From a virus (Duplodnaviria; Caudoviricetes), in the IMG/VR virus record IMGVR_UViG_3300033416_000002, positions 5,012 through 69,011 of that record: 64,000 nucleotides of DNA; one strand, 5' to 3'. The notes beneath the pieces are model-generated. The model was not told where the DNA came from. It saw only the letters and a list, made by a program, of their open reading frames with translations, and did not search any database. A program made the translations under genes and the position numbers. Positions within the stretch are counted from its first letter, which is position 1, and each line of letters starts with the position of its first letter. Positions 26,792 to 36,069 of the stretch are shown here, in pieces.

Positions 26792-27741
26792 GCGACATTC
26801 GGGCATTCGCCAAGAGCCCAGGCGAGGTAGCCGCCCTCCATCGCGGCTTTCTCGAGGAGATCTCGAGTGGCCGTCTGACACCGATGTCGTTCGGCATTCC
26901 AGAGATCGACAAGGTGGTGTGCCGCGTCTATCCCGGGCGGATGCTGGCGGTGATCGCGCGGCCCTCGATGATGAAGACGACGTTCCTGGTCCACCTTGCC
27001 AGGACCGAGTGCCACCGCCTCATGGCGAATAAGATCGAGGACAAGTACGTCCTCTTTGTCTCACTCGAGGAGACCGAGGGCCAGATCCTCTGCTGGGTTG
27101 CGGGAGAGTTGCCGTCGCCTGACGGGGTGACGATGGAAGAGGCCACGGCAGCTCTGGCACGCGCGGCCACGTACCCATGCTGGGTCTCGGGTCGGGAGCC
27201 CGTACCCACACTGGATGACCTCACGATCGAGAAGCTACCCAATCTCTCGGCAGAGCAGATCCTGCATGAGATCCGGCTGGTGGCACAGCGAGGGCGAGGG
27301 AAGCCCTCGCTGATCCTGCTGGACTACCTCCAGATCATGGACATCCAGGGCAATTTCGAGCAGCGGAACCTGCAAGTGGCAGCGGCGTTGCGACTTCTGC
27401 GCAAGATCGCCCAGCACGCGGGGTGCCCGATCGTGGTGGCGGTACAGGCGAAGGAGGAGGTGGACCTCCTGGGAGTGCCCATCCCGAAGATGGGGCACTC
27501 CTACTACTCCTCCGAGGTGGCGCATGTTGCTGACGTGATGATGTCGCTCTACCGCCCCTGGCGCAACGACGCCTGTCAGCGGCAGGGCTACGCCGATCTC
27601 CCAGCGGGACGCTATCCGCTCAGCCCGAATCTCCTATGGGTGCAGCTGCTCAAGCAGAGACACGGAGAGGGCATGGCTGGTTGGCCCATTTGGGCGGATC
27701 CGGAGTCAAGACTGATCAGGGGGATCTATGAACGCGACTGA
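26788..27741 (+). CDS. DnaB-like replicative helicase (RecA-fold domain only)
   Basis: ARPSMMKT Walker A, SLEE, LDYLQ Walker B, KQRHG arginine finger. Confidence 0.85.
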   Translation: MSDIRAFAKSPGEVAALHRGFLEEISSGRLTPMSFGIPEIDKVVCRVYPGRMLAVIARPSMMKTTFLVHLARTECHRLMANKIEDKYVLFVSLEETEGQILCWVAGELPSPDGVTMEEATAALARAATYPCWVSGREPVPTLDDLTIEKLPNLSAEQILHEIRLVAQRGRGKPSLILLDYLQIMDIQGNFEQRNLQVAAALRLLRKIAQHAGCPIVVAVQAKEEVDLLGVPIPKMGHSYYSSEVAHVADVMMSLYRPWRNDACQRQGYADLPAGRYPLSPNLLWVQLLKQRHGEGMAGWPIWADPESRLIRGIYERD

Positions 27742-28774
27742 TCGTGCGGCCCTCTACCTCCAGACGGTGATCGACGGCGAGATCGCGCTGCTGACCGAGG
27801 CCAAGAAGGGGACAAGGAACTCCACGCTGAACAAGGTGGCCTACCGGCTTGGCCAGCTGGTTGCGGCGGGACTCATGACGGACAGCGCGGCCAGGTCCGG
27901 ACTCTATGCCGGAGCGGTTGCCATGGGGCTCGTCGAAGAGGATGGCGAGAAGAGTGTGCTGGCCACTATTCGTAGCGGCCTGAATGATGGGGCAAAGCGT
28001 CCATTCCTGTGGCCGGGCGATCTCGCCAACGACCCCCCACCCATTCAGGCCGCGGACGACTGGGTGAAGAGACTGGGATTCGGGGCGGAGGCCGTCTTCA
28101 GGGACCTCAGTCCAGTCATCGAGGACACCCCGACCGCCGCTGCGTACCGTGAGGAACTGGAGACCACGGGCTATGTGGAGAAGTGCATCGCCGACATGTA
28201 CCTCTCTCCCGGAGATGCCCTCGAGTTCGAGAACCTCTGCGCACGCGGGATAAGCGGTGGCATCATGTCCAGGTTCCGGCTCGGCCGCGGAGCGGTCTAC
28301 GACAGGCGCGCGATCACCATCCCCTGGATGCGACGGGACCGACTCTGGACGATCCAGTACCGGCACATGGACGGCAAGCTGCCGAAGTACCACTGGTTCC
28401 CCGGGCTTCCTACCGGACGGATCTTCAACGGGGACATCCTGCTCCTGCCGCCGAGTTCCAGGTCGCCCCGACTTGTCGTGGTGGAGGGAGCTCTCAACTG
28501 CATCCGGCTTGTCACCGAGGGCTACTTCTGCATCGGCCTTCCCGCCCTGCGCGGCTGGAAGAGCGCCTTCGCCCCGTACCTTCAGGGGTACAACGAGGTG
28601 ATCTTCGCCCTGGACTATCGCGCCGAAACGATTGTGCCGAAGATCGCCAAGGACCTGCCCTTCGCCAAGTTCTGGCTGGGCCCCACGGATCCCGACGAGT
28701 TCCTTCAGGCGCAGGGCTCGAATGCCTTCCTTCTCTCACTCAAGGATGCTATGCCCTACGATGCGAGCAGCTAG
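27728..28774 (+). CDS. DNA primase (PriCT-like N-term + TOPRIM)
   Basis: G.RNSTLNKVAYRLG; IPW; VVEGALN; FALD; DPDE. Confidence 0.75.
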   Translation: MNATDRAALYLQTVIDGEIALLTEAKKGTRNSTLNKVAYRLGQLVAAGLMTDSAARSGLYAGAVAMGLVEEDGEKSVLATIRSGLNDGAKRPFLWPGDLANDPPPIQAADDWVKRLGFGAEAVFRDLSPVIEDTPTAAAYREELETTGYVEKCIADMYLSPGDALEFENLCARGISGGIMSRFRLGRGAVYDRRAITIPWMRRDRLWTIQYRHMDGKLPKYHWFPGLPTGRIFNGDILLLPPSSRSPRLVVVEGALNCIRLVTEGYFCIGLPALRGWKSAFAPYLQGYNEVIFALDYRAETIVPKIAKDLPFAKFWLGPTDPDEFLQAQGSNAFLLSLKDAMPYDASS

Positions 28775-29249
28775 CCTGGACTGTGGTTGCAGCGCAACAA
28801 CGCGCTGCCCGCTTGCCCAGCAGTACTGGCAGGCTTACCTTGCCATCGCTCGCGGCAGGATTGGTGAGCACGACATGCTTCAGGTCCTACTCCTTGACGA
28901 GAGCAGAAGGGCGGCCCTGCTCAACGCGGCCCTTGAGTACGTCTCTCATCGGGGGCGCCTGGCTGTCCCCATGCTCGCCGCAATTCGCCTCAGTGTCAAC
29001 CACCTTGTCTTGGAGGCCCCACTCAAGGATCGACGACTTAGGTCGTTACCAAGCGACAGGTGGGCTATACAATGCCTGGTTGTGAGTAGAGTTCGTCATG
29101 GTATTTCGTTCCGGGAAGCCACAAGCTCGCTACCAATGGACAGGCGAACGGTGTACGACTGGATGAAACGGGATGTGGAGTTTGCCAGTGCGGTGCAGAG
29201 GGCAAGAGAAGAAGCTGCTTGCAATAGGAAAGCAACCGTGGTACAATAG
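28761..29249 (+). CDS. Hypothetical protein with C-terminal HTH
   Basis: GISFREATSSLPMDRRTVYDWMKRDVEFA resembles an HTH. Confidence 0.55.
   Translation: MRAASLDCGCSATTRCPLAQQYWQAYLAIARGRIGEHDMLQVLLLDESRRAALLNAALEYVSHRGRLAVPMLAAIRLSVNHLVLEAPLKDRRLRSLPSDRWAIQCLVVSRVRHGISFREATSSLPMDRRTVYDWMKRDVEFASAVQRAREEAACNRKATVVQ
29219..29247 (+). promoter_or_regulatory. Sigma70-type promoter with extended -10
   Basis: TTGCAA-17nt-TACAAT with TG at 29239-29240. Confidence 0.7.
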
Positions 29250-29281
29250 GTGGCGCAGGCTTCACAACTACGGGTGTCTAC

Positions 29282-29488
29282 ATGGGGATGGGCACAAGTG
29301 CTGGCGAAGGAGGCGGTAGTGTAAGCAAGGCGCGACTGCGGTCCATCAGAGATCGCTACGACCGTGCCCGACTGGCTGTGGAGCTAGGCGATGCGGGCTC
29401 GTGGGTGGTAGCGTACTGGCAGGACGTGGGGGATCTCTTGGCGTGGAGGCACCCTGACGAAAGAGAGGAAGCTGTTGTTCAAGACTGA
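29282..29488 (+). CDS. Hypothetical protein
   Basis: First ORF after the promoter. Confidence 0.45.
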   Translation: MGMGTSAGEGGGSVSKARLRSIRDRYDRARLAVELGDAGSWVVAYWQDVGDLLAWRHPDEREEAVVQD

Positions 29489-29846
29489 GATGGGCTACCC
29501 GGACACGGATCCTGGACCGCTGATCATCTGGGAGGATGTCGAGGGGGGTGCGCACTACATCGCGCTGCCGCCATGTACGCAGGCAGAGTGGGACCTCACC
29601 GATGTGGACGAAGACGGCAACACGATGTTCTCGTTCTACGCTCCGGGTATGGCGGGACGCAAGACGACGATCGTCACCCGAGACGCGGCGAGCGACCTCG
29701 AAGCAGCAATCCTGGTGGCGCTGGGCTATCAGCTCTTCGAGACGGACGACGAGGAGGACGAGTCGGATGGAGGAGTTGGAGGCGAGGCGGAACAAGGTGG
29801 AGAACCTCCCCTGCGGCTGCGTCCTGATGAGGGGGCGGGTTGTTGA
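29475..29846 (+). CDS. Acidic hypothetical protein
   Basis: GAGG RBS, TTG start. Confidence 0.55.
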   Translation: MFKTEMGYPDTDPGPLIIWEDVEGGAHYIALPPCTQAEWDLTDVDEDGNTMFSFYAPGMAGRKTTIVTRDAASDLEAAILVALGYQLFETDDEEDESDGGVGGEAEQGGEPPLRLRPDEGAGC

Positions 29847-29994
29847 GCCATGTCGGGATGCTGCTGTGTCCCTAGCTGTCACGCGGGGCCTTACACTTGG
29901 CGAGACTGCGCGGGCAAATCAGGCAGCCGAGGATCTTCGCAGTCACATAGCCCAGGGGCGGAGGGAATGGCGAAAAGCGCACAAACAAGCGTAG
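29767..29994 (+). CDS. Hypothetical protein
   Basis: GAGGA upstream; PCGC motif. Confidence 0.5.
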   Translation: MEELEARRNKVENLPCGCVLMRGRVVEPCRDAAVSLAVTRGLTLGETARANQAAEDLRSHIAQGRREWRKAHKQA

Positions 29995-30167
29995 CGTTCG
30001 AGGCGGTGTTCAAGCCAAGCCAGGTCGGTGTGGCTCTGGATGGGGATGGAGACGGGGGAGCCATCAACCTGATGTTCGATGCGAAGCAGGTGCCCAAGGT
30101 GATCGAGGCATGGGTTCGATTTGCCGGTGGGCCTTTCAAGGTAACGTTCACGGAGGTGGACAAGTGA
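29967..30167 (+). CDS. Hypothetical protein
   Basis: GGAGG RBS. Confidence 0.55.
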   Translation: MAKSAQTSVAFEAVFKPSQVGVALDGDGDGGAINLMFDAKQVPKVIEAWVRFAGGPFKVTFTEVDK

Positions 30168-30301
30168 CGCGAGATCCGACGACCTGCGAGGTTCTGGCGG
30201 CCATGGTGGTAACCACGGTCATCCTGTACGTGCTGCACCGCTTCTTTCCACCGGAGCCGCCGACGATCCAAGTGGTGCCCGACGATGAGCCAGCGATCTA
30301 G
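30164..30301 (+). CDS. Small single-TM protein
   Basis: GTGA overlap; hydrophobic VLAAMVVTTVILYVL. Confidence 0.5.
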   Translation: MTRDPTTCEVLAAMVVTTVILYVLHRFFPPEPPTIQVVPDDEPAI

Positions 30302-30839
30302 CCTCATCGTGTGTCTTGCGGCGATCAGCGTGCTGCTGATGCCGTGGATCCTGAACGGCCCGGGCTTGGCGCGATCGGTGCAGGAGCCCACCGAGGTGGC
30401 CACGGAGGTGGCGACCGAGACACTGACAGCAACGGCGACGATCACGCTGACCAAGACACCGATCCCCACCGTGGAGGAACCGACTGGTACGCCCACGCCG
30501 GTTTGCGAACTCGAGCTGGCGTACACCCAGGCGACCGCCACCCTACAGGCATATCTACTCGAGCACTGCCAGGCAGAGCGATGGATGTGCTGGCAGAACT
30601 TTGAGCACTGCGTCCGTGCGAGGACGACGAGCGATCCCGCGCTGGAGACGGCGGAGGCACAGCTGACAGCTGCGGCGCACGCCCTGGGTACGGCGATTGC
30701 GGATCAGTGGTACTGGTACGAGATCTCATGGCAGTGCATCCACGAGCGAGCAACGGTCACAGCGAAGGAGACTGGCGAGCCATGTCTGATGCGGCTAAGG
30801 GGAAGGGTCATCTTTCCTCTACTACTCTCGAGATTCTGA
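30285..30839 (+). CDS. Exported Thr/Pro-rich protein
   Basis: Signal-like N-term, TATATITLTKTPIPT linker, C-term RVIFPLLLSRF. Confidence 0.6.
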   Translation: MSQRSSLIVCLAAISVLLMPWILNGPGLARSVQEPTEVATEVATETLTATATITLTKTPIPTVEEPTGTPTPVCELELAYTQATATLQAYLLEHCQAERWMCWQNFEHCVRARTTSDPALETAEAQLTAAAHALGTAIADQWYWYEISWQCIHERATVTAKETGEPCLMRLRGRVIFPLLLSRF

Positions 30840-31246
30840 GAGCCATGCGGGACGTGATCGGCATCTGGACAGACTCCGCGCCGCGGATTGCGGTGGGGTT
30901 GCAGGAGCTGGCCGATGTGGTCACGAGTATCCGCGGGTCGCGCGATCGCGTCGCGCCCCCGGCACCAGATGGGACGCTGGTCAGGTGCTCGCAGGCAGAG
31001 CAGCACAAGATCTGCCACGGCTGCCCGCACATGGGGCCCCATCTCCCACTGCCCTACACTCCAGGGAGTCACTCGAGGCTGGCGCAGGACTGCCGAGCGT
31101 TGGGGCCCTGTGTGCTGGAGTGGAATCGCGGGCGGCGAGTGATGCCTGGTGATGTCACGCGGGTGCGGTGTGTGGTCTGCACCCCGCCGATGGAGGGGGA
31201 AGAGGTCGAGACCTTTGTCCCCAGCCATGCCGAGGCGGCGAAGTAG
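30782..31246 (+). CDS. Cys/His-rich hypothetical protein
   Basis: C..CPH..H, C...C motifs. Confidence 0.5.
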   Translation: MSDAAKGKGHLSSTTLEILRAMRDVIGIWTDSAPRIAVGLQELADVVTSIRGSRDRVAPPAPDGTLVRCSQAEQHKICHGCPHMGPHLPLPYTPGSHSRLAQDCRALGPCVLEWNRGRRVMPGDVTRVRCVVCTPPMEGEEVETFVPSHAEAAK

Positions 31247-31751
31247 CCTGGAGTTGGCCTTCGAGACCATCTGGAAACAGATGGGTGGCTTGCCGTACCG
31301 TGCGGACTACGTGTTCGACTCAGAACGCAAATGGGAGCTGGACGTTGCGTGGCCTCCGATCAGGTTCGCCATCGAGCTTCAGGGCGGAGGGTGGGTACGG
31401 GGGAAGCACCACCGACCTGTCGGGTATAACGAGGACTGTCGCAAGGCGCTTGCGGCAACGCTGGCGGGGTGGCGCATCGTATGGCTGACCAAGGAGCTGG
31501 TGGTAGACGAGGCGCCGATACATATCCCGCCGCTCGTAGCCCTGGTGAAGGCGGAGTTCCGCAAGTTCGCCGAGGGCTTCATAGCAGTGGAGACCATGGG
31601 TGTAGACAAGGTTCTGTGGGTCCATCCCGAACTACCTGACGGGGTGCTGGGACCTGACATAGTGATAGACCATCCGGAGTGGGATCCAGACTGGAGGGCG
31701 GAGTATGAAAGCAGTTGTGGTGGGCGGGGCCGCGATCCCGGGATCCGATAG
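31227..31751 (+). CDS. PD-(D/E)xK endonuclease (DUF559/Vsr-like)
   Basis: SSLE..F, RKWELDVAWP...AIELQGG....H....Y..DC.K......GW motif. Confidence 0.8.
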   Translation: MPRRRSSLELAFETIWKQMGGLPYRADYVFDSERKWELDVAWPPIRFAIELQGGGWVRGKHHRPVGYNEDCRKALAATLAGWRIVWLTKELVVDEAPIHIPPLVALVKAEFRKFAEGFIAVETMGVDKVLWVHPELPDGVLGPDIVIDHPEWDPDWRAEYESSCGGRGRDPGIR

Positions 31752-31920
31752 CGAGGATCCGGTCGTGGAGTTGGTGGACGCGGCTCGGGGAGTAGTCGAA
31801 CACATTCACATCACCGTTGCGCATCTCGGTCACTGTAGGCAGTGCAATGCCGTGGCGAGACTCGCCCGGGCCCTCGAGCCGTGGGCGGACGGAGAGGAGG
31901 CAGGGGTCGATGCAGTTTGA
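31705..31920 (+). CDS. Hypothetical protein
   Basis: GGAG RBS; HCRQC. Confidence 0.5.
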   Translation: MKAVVVGGAAIPGSDSEDPVVELVDAARGVVEHIHITVAHLGHCRQCNAVARLARALEPWADGEEAGVDAV

Positions 31921-32326
31921 GCCATTTCTAGGGGCAAGGCGTGGGCGTGGAATCAAGAACGGCCCGGCGTTGACGGTAGGGCGCGCGGACATCAGTGTGT
32001 CGCAGGAGGTCCTCGACCTCTTGGGCAATCCGGAGAACGTGGTGTTCTCCTACAACGCCGACAACGACCTGGCCCGCATGGTGGGTGCCGAGGGGGATGC
32101 GCCCGGGGCCATCAAGGTGCGCGTGGTGCAGAACCGCAACAACATGTCGCGGCGGATCCGCTGCATCTCGTTCCTCGTCGCCGCGGGCATTGAGCACTGG
32201 ATCGCCGGGGTGTTCACGGTTGCCACGCTGGAAGGTGTCGAGGGCGTGGTGTTCGGCCCGAAGATCAACAAGATCGTGGATGGGCCGAGCAGGGGTGTGA
32301 CCCAGAGTATGATCGAGAACGCCTGA
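31910..32326 (+). CDS. Hypothetical protein
   Basis: GGAGG RBS; beta-rich. Confidence 0.6.
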   Translation: MQFEPFLGARRGRGIKNGPALTVGRADISVSQEVLDLLGNPENVVFSYNADNDLARMVGAEGDAPGAIKVRVVQNRNNMSRRIRCISFLVAAGIEHWIAGVFTVATLEGVEGVVFGPKINKIVDGPSRGVTQSMIENA

Positions 32327-32769
32327 TGGCACGAGATTGGACAATCGACGACTGGCAAGCCGAGGCCGACAGGCACCTCACGGCGCTGATTGACTCGCAG
32401 GTCAAGCTCGCCGAGGCGCTTGGAAGATTGCTGTTGGTGGAGTTCAAACTCCACACTCTGCTCGCCAAGCTGGCGCGGGCGCGGGAGGCACTCGAGGGCT
32501 TTGCCATCAACGACATCGACCCCCGACTGTCCTACGTCGAAGTCCAGATCGACCGCGAGGATTTGGCCTTGCTGAACGCCGCCCTTGCGTCCGAGAACAG
32601 ACAACGTTGCCCGGAATGCGCCGGGACGGGTTGGTTCTCACCTACGGCGGTTCGCGCCGATGGGTGGCTCTGCATTGTCTGTGGCGGGACCGGGGTTCTC
32701 GCGCCCGATGAGCAGCCAGAGACTATCCGAGGTAGTACCGAGAGAGGAGACTCAGATGAAGCGGTATGA
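32326..32769 (+). CDS. Coiled-coil + DnaJ-type Zn finger protein
   Basis: CPECAGTG and CIVCGGTG. Confidence 0.65.
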   Translation: MARDWTIDDWQAEADRHLTALIDSQVKLAEALGRLLLVEFKLHTLLAKLARAREALEGFAINDIDPRLSYVEVQIDREDLALLNAALASENRQRCPECAGTGWFSPTAVRADGWLCIVCGGTGVLAPDEQPETIRGSTERGDSDEAV

Positions 32770-33550
32770 CTGGAGTTCGACGATCATGGTGGTAGGCGCG
32801 TGTTTGGCGGTCGTGTTGTTCATCGAGCGGCCCCACATCACGTTGCGTGGTCCGGAGGCGGCCGAGGCACAGCAGGTCGATGCGATGCCAACGGCGTCGC
32901 CCCTCTGGAAGTCCGTCGATCCCTCCCAGCCGAATGCCATCCCGGCCGGGATGCAGTCCGAGGAGGAACTGGCGAAGCTGCCCGAGATGGCAGGCCTTAC
33001 GCCGGAACAGGTCGGCAAGGCGGTGCAACCGGCAGTCGGCTCGGTTCCGACGACGCCGCAGGGCGTTCTGGCCGAGCCGAAGGGTGTCTGGGTAGCGACC
33101 GGATTCTGTCAGGGTCGCAACATTGACGCCGCGCTGATGCAGATGGCCTTCGATCCCAATGTCGCCGGAGGTGGCGGCCCCGACCAACCGAAGATGCCGG
33201 TGACCATCCCGGGCATCGACGCGGTGGCGAGTGCGAACATGATTGGGCAGGGGACGTTCAAGCTCGCCGGATACACCGTGAGCGTGCTGCCTGACGGACA
33301 GGGCAGTGGCGACATCCGGGTGCTTGGGCCGGAAGGATCCGATACCCTACGCCGCGACATGCTCTGCTGCGCCATCGAACAGACCGGCATTTGCAAGGAG
33401 AGGGCCGGGGTGTGGCAGCAGGTCGCGGGCGAGTGGCGCTACGTCGATACGAGTTTCGACGGCTGGTTTCAGGACGTGGCGGTCGAAGACGCCGCGCCGC
33501 TCCGCGAGAACCAGCCCGACACCCGATCCGTTGGGGGTCAGGGCAACTAG
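32756..33550 (+). CDS. Membrane-anchored / exported protein
   Basis: GAGGAG RBS; N-terminal TM, P/Q-rich linker. Confidence 0.65.
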   Translation: MKRYDWSSTIMVVGACLAVVLFIERPHITLRGPEAAEAQQVDAMPTASPLWKSVDPSQPNAIPAGMQSEEELAKLPEMAGLTPEQVGKAVQPAVGSVPTTPQGVLAEPKGVWVATGFCQGRNIDAALMQMAFDPNVAGGGGPDQPKMPVTIPGIDAVASANMIGQGTFKLAGYTVSVLPDGQGSGDIRVLGPEGSDTLRRDMLCCAIEQTGICKERAGVWQQVAGEWRYVDTSFDGWFQDVAVEDAAPLRENQPDTRSVGGQGN

Positions 33551-33552
33551 GG

Positions 33553-33690
33553 ATTAGCCTCGTCGGCTAACGGCGTGTGACTGCGGGGGGAACCCGATCC
33601 GGCCGCATGCGGCCGGAGCCGTGGCCAAAGGCCAAGACGGTGACTGGAGCGGTGCGATCACCGGATCGGGCTCTCGCGGCTAAGGAAGGA
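33553..33690 (+). ncRNA. Candidate multi-stem structured RNA
   Basis: Nested stems 33583-33602/33661-33677, 20-bp palindrome 33598-33617, 33618-33641, 33554-33559 pairing with 33565-33570 or 33678-33683. Confidence 0.5.
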
Positions 33691-33698
33691 AGTGAGGA

Positions 33699-34067
33699 GT
33701 GGCGGTAACACGAGCGCAGGTACAAGCGTGGGACGATCTTGCCTTCAAGGCGCCCCCTGGACCGTGGGCGCAGGCCCGGGTGGACGGCCAGGACGCCAAG
33801 GGTCTACTGATACTCAGGACAGCACCAGGTGCGCCCATCGCCGGTGTTGAGACGACCTACCCGGTCATTGGTGCGGCATTAGATGCGTCTGCGGCGCCAC
33901 TTCTCGCCGCGAGCCGTGAGGCCGTGCCGGAGATGGCAAGTATGTTGAGGGAGGTGATGACCCTGTTGGGCCAGCTGGGCGAAGGGAACGTTCTTCCACG
34001 TGGCTGGAACTGGCATCGGGGAGTCTTGCTTGCCAAGTGGAATGAGGCGAAGAGTGAGAATGGGTAG
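33699..34067 (+). CDS. Hypothetical protein
   Basis: AGGAAG RBS; PPGPW and A..LAASR.AVP.M motifs. Confidence 0.6.
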   Translation: MAVTRAQVQAWDDLAFKAPPGPWAQARVDGQDAKGLLILRTAPGAPIAGVETTYPVIGAALDASAAPLLAASREAVPEMASMLREVMTLLGQLGEGNVLPRGWNWHRGVLLAKWNEAKSENG

Positions 34068-34362
34068 GGGGTTGGGCAGAACAAGGGCAGAACCTCTGGT
34101 TGTCGCGGGCTCGTGCAGGGGGACTGGCGACTGGCGATCATCCACATCCGAGATCGTGACGCTCCCACCCCCGCCTCCAAGAGCGAGGTGGGCGCGCGTG
34201 GCCTCTATTCTCGAGCCGATCACGGTTCTCGATGTACTCTGCTATGCTGGCGGGTATGCTCTGATCCTGAACGCGGTCCAGCTGGGCGACGGGTATCCAT
34301 TTCACGCTCTGCTACAGGCCATCTTCGGCCTCGCTGTGCTCCTGCGCACGAGACCTCGATGA
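34060..34362 (+). CDS. Membrane protein (2 TM at C-term)
   Basis: Hydrophobic C-terminal half. Confidence 0.5.
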   Translation: MGRGLGRTRAEPLVVAGSCRGTGDWRSSTSEIVTLPPPPPRARWARVASILEPITVLDVLCYAGGYALILNAVQLGDGYPFHALLQAIFGLAVLLRTRPR

Positions 34363-34676
34363 GGCGGGAGTACTGGATTCACACCGACCGGCACGACTGG
34401 GACCTCCTGACGTATCTCCAAACAGGAAAGAAGGTAGTGATGGGCAAGGGAGCACATGGGGCCTGGAAGGCGGGCGGCTGGCGTCTCTGGCTTCAGTGGT
34501 TGCTTCGGATAACGACCGAGGCCGAGCTGGAGCATGATGTGGCGAAGGAGATGCGCTGCGGCTGGGAGTGCTGTCGCTACACTGGGCGGCGGCGCTACCT
34601 CCTGTTCGGGGTCCTGCCGACCCCATGGCGGGGGAAGCGCAAGAAGTATGAAGATACCGATCGGCTACAGGCCTGA
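34359..34676 (+). CDS. Hypothetical protein
   Basis: ATGA overlap. Confidence 0.5.
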   Translation: MRREYWIHTDRHDWDLLTYLQTGKKVVMGKGAHGAWKAGGWRLWLQWLLRITTEAELEHDVAKEMRCGWECCRYTGRRRYLLFGVLPTPWRGKRKKYEDTDRLQA

Positions 34677-34956
34677 CGTAATCGCTCGGCGGGTCGCCCT
34701 GCTCAGGGCCTATGCCAAGGGCGGGAAGAGGGGGCGAGCAACCAGGGACGCCAGTCGGGAAGTGAGACAGAAGGAGCTGACGCGCTGCCGCTTTGCCATT
34801 TACCATGACTCCTACATCTTGCGGACACTGGGCCTGATCACCGCCACGGCCCAAAAGGGGATCCCACGAACTGGGAAGCGCAGTCTGGAGATCTTCTTCC
34901 GAGTTACTGAGGCGGGCCAAAACGTACTCGACATGTACGAAGGAGACTGGGAATGA
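34648..34956 (+). CDS. Basic protein, winged-HTH-like
   Basis: ILRTLGLI...FRVTEAG wing pattern. Confidence 0.5.
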   Translation: MKIPIGYRPDVIARRVALLRAYAKGGKRGRATRDASREVRQKELTRCRFAIYHDSYILRTLGLITATAQKGIPRTGKRSLEIFFRVTEAGQNVLDMYEGDWE

Positions 34957-35102
34957 TCGGGATGCCGGAGTTGGTAGTGATCGGACTACTCGTCATGATG
35001 CTCTTCGGGGCCGGGCGACTGCCGCAGGTCATGAAGCAGCTCGGGGAGGGGATCAGGGACTTCCGTCACGGAGTGACCGATCCCAATACCGACGATGACT
35101 GA
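34953..35102 (+). CDS. tatA: Twin-arginine translocase TatA/TatE family subunit (49 aa, not in ORF track)
   Basis: My translation: MIGMPELVVIGLLVMMLFGAGRLPQVMKQLGEGIRDFRHGVTDPNTDDD. It shows G.PEL, a TM helix, the FG..RLP hinge and an amphipathic LG.GIR.F helix; AAGGAG RBS. Confidence 0.88.
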   Translation: MIGMPELVVIGLLVMMLFGAGRLPQVMKQLGEGIRDFRHGVTDPNTDDD

Positions 35103-35427
35103 CCTGACGCGGCGGCGCTTTCTACTTGGGGCGGCCCAGGTAACCGGACTGGCGATGCTGGCGCCAGCGTTGGACGTGGCGGGGGGAGTTCTGCGCCCCG
35201 AGACCGAAGTGGTGGTTCCGAAGCTGGAGATGGTGGGGGAGCAGGTCATGGTGATGCCGCGAGACCCACTGAAGAGCCTCAATCTGGGCGATTGGATGGT
35301 GACCAGCGTCTCGCTCACCGCGGATCGGGACATCGAGTACATGATGGACCCTGGGTATGGGTCAGCATACGTGACCCCCAGGCCCGTTCGACTTCAGCTC
35401 GAGGCCATCTACGTAGGCAGGAGGTGA
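35095..35427 (+). CDS. Twin-arginine signal peptide-containing protein
   Basis: MTDLTRRRFLLGAAQVTGLAMLAPA matches (S/T)RRxFL + h-region; overlaps the tatA stop. Confidence 0.75.
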   Translation: MTDLTRRRFLLGAAQVTGLAMLAPALDVAGGVLRPETEVVVPKLEMVGEQVMVMPRDPLKSLNLGDWMVTSVSLTADRDIEYMMDPGYGSAYVTPRPVRLQLEAIYVGRR

Positions 35428-35430
35428 TGC

Positions 35431-36069
35431 ATGGCCAAGGACGCCAAGTATCTCAAGGGGATTGACGTTTCGCGTTGGCAGGGCCCGATGCACTGGCGCC
35501 AGGCGCGGCAGGCGGGCAACGAGTATGCCTGGATCAAGGCCACCGAGGGCACCCTCTGGATAGACCCAAGGTACCTTGACAACGCTGAAGGAGCGGACAT
35601 GGCGGGTCTCCTGTGGGGCCCATACCACTACTTCCGCAATGCTTACAGCTGGTTGGAGCAGGCAGAGCACTTCGTGGCCAGGGTGCTGGAGGGGCCGACA
35701 CCATCTCTGCCGCCAGCCCTGGACTTCGAGGACACCAAGACGCCTGCCAATGGCGCACTGATCCGTGCGTTTGTAGAGTCTGTGGAGACACGACTGCAAC
35801 TAGGTCGTCCGCTCATCTACACGGGTGCATGGTGGTGGAACGACGTGCGCCTCGGCCACTGTCAGACCTGGGCGGCTCGCTACCCGCTCTGGATTGCACA
35901 CTATAACGTGCAAAAGCCGACAATCCCAAAGCCATGGACTACCTGGGCCATCTGGCAGTGGGCCAGCATGGGGGATGGACCTGGACACGGAGCGTCCTCG
36001 GCATACATCGACCGCAACCGATTCCGCGGAACGCGGGCCGAGATGGAAGGATGGACGGGCCAAGAATGA
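35431..36069 (+). CDS. GH25 muramidase (endolysin), catalytic domain only
   Basis: GIDVSRWQG, KATEG, GPYHY, LDFE, IYTG, LWIAHY, WQW motifs. Confidence 0.92.
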   Translation: MAKDAKYLKGIDVSRWQGPMHWRQARQAGNEYAWIKATEGTLWIDPRYLDNAEGADMAGLLWGPYHYFRNAYSWLEQAEHFVARVLEGPTPSLPPALDFEDTKTPANGALIRAFVESVETRLQLGRPLIYTGAWWWNDVRLGHCQTWAARYPLWIAHYNVQKPTIPKPWTTWAIWQWASMGDGPGHGASSAYIDRNRFRGTRAEMEGWTGQE

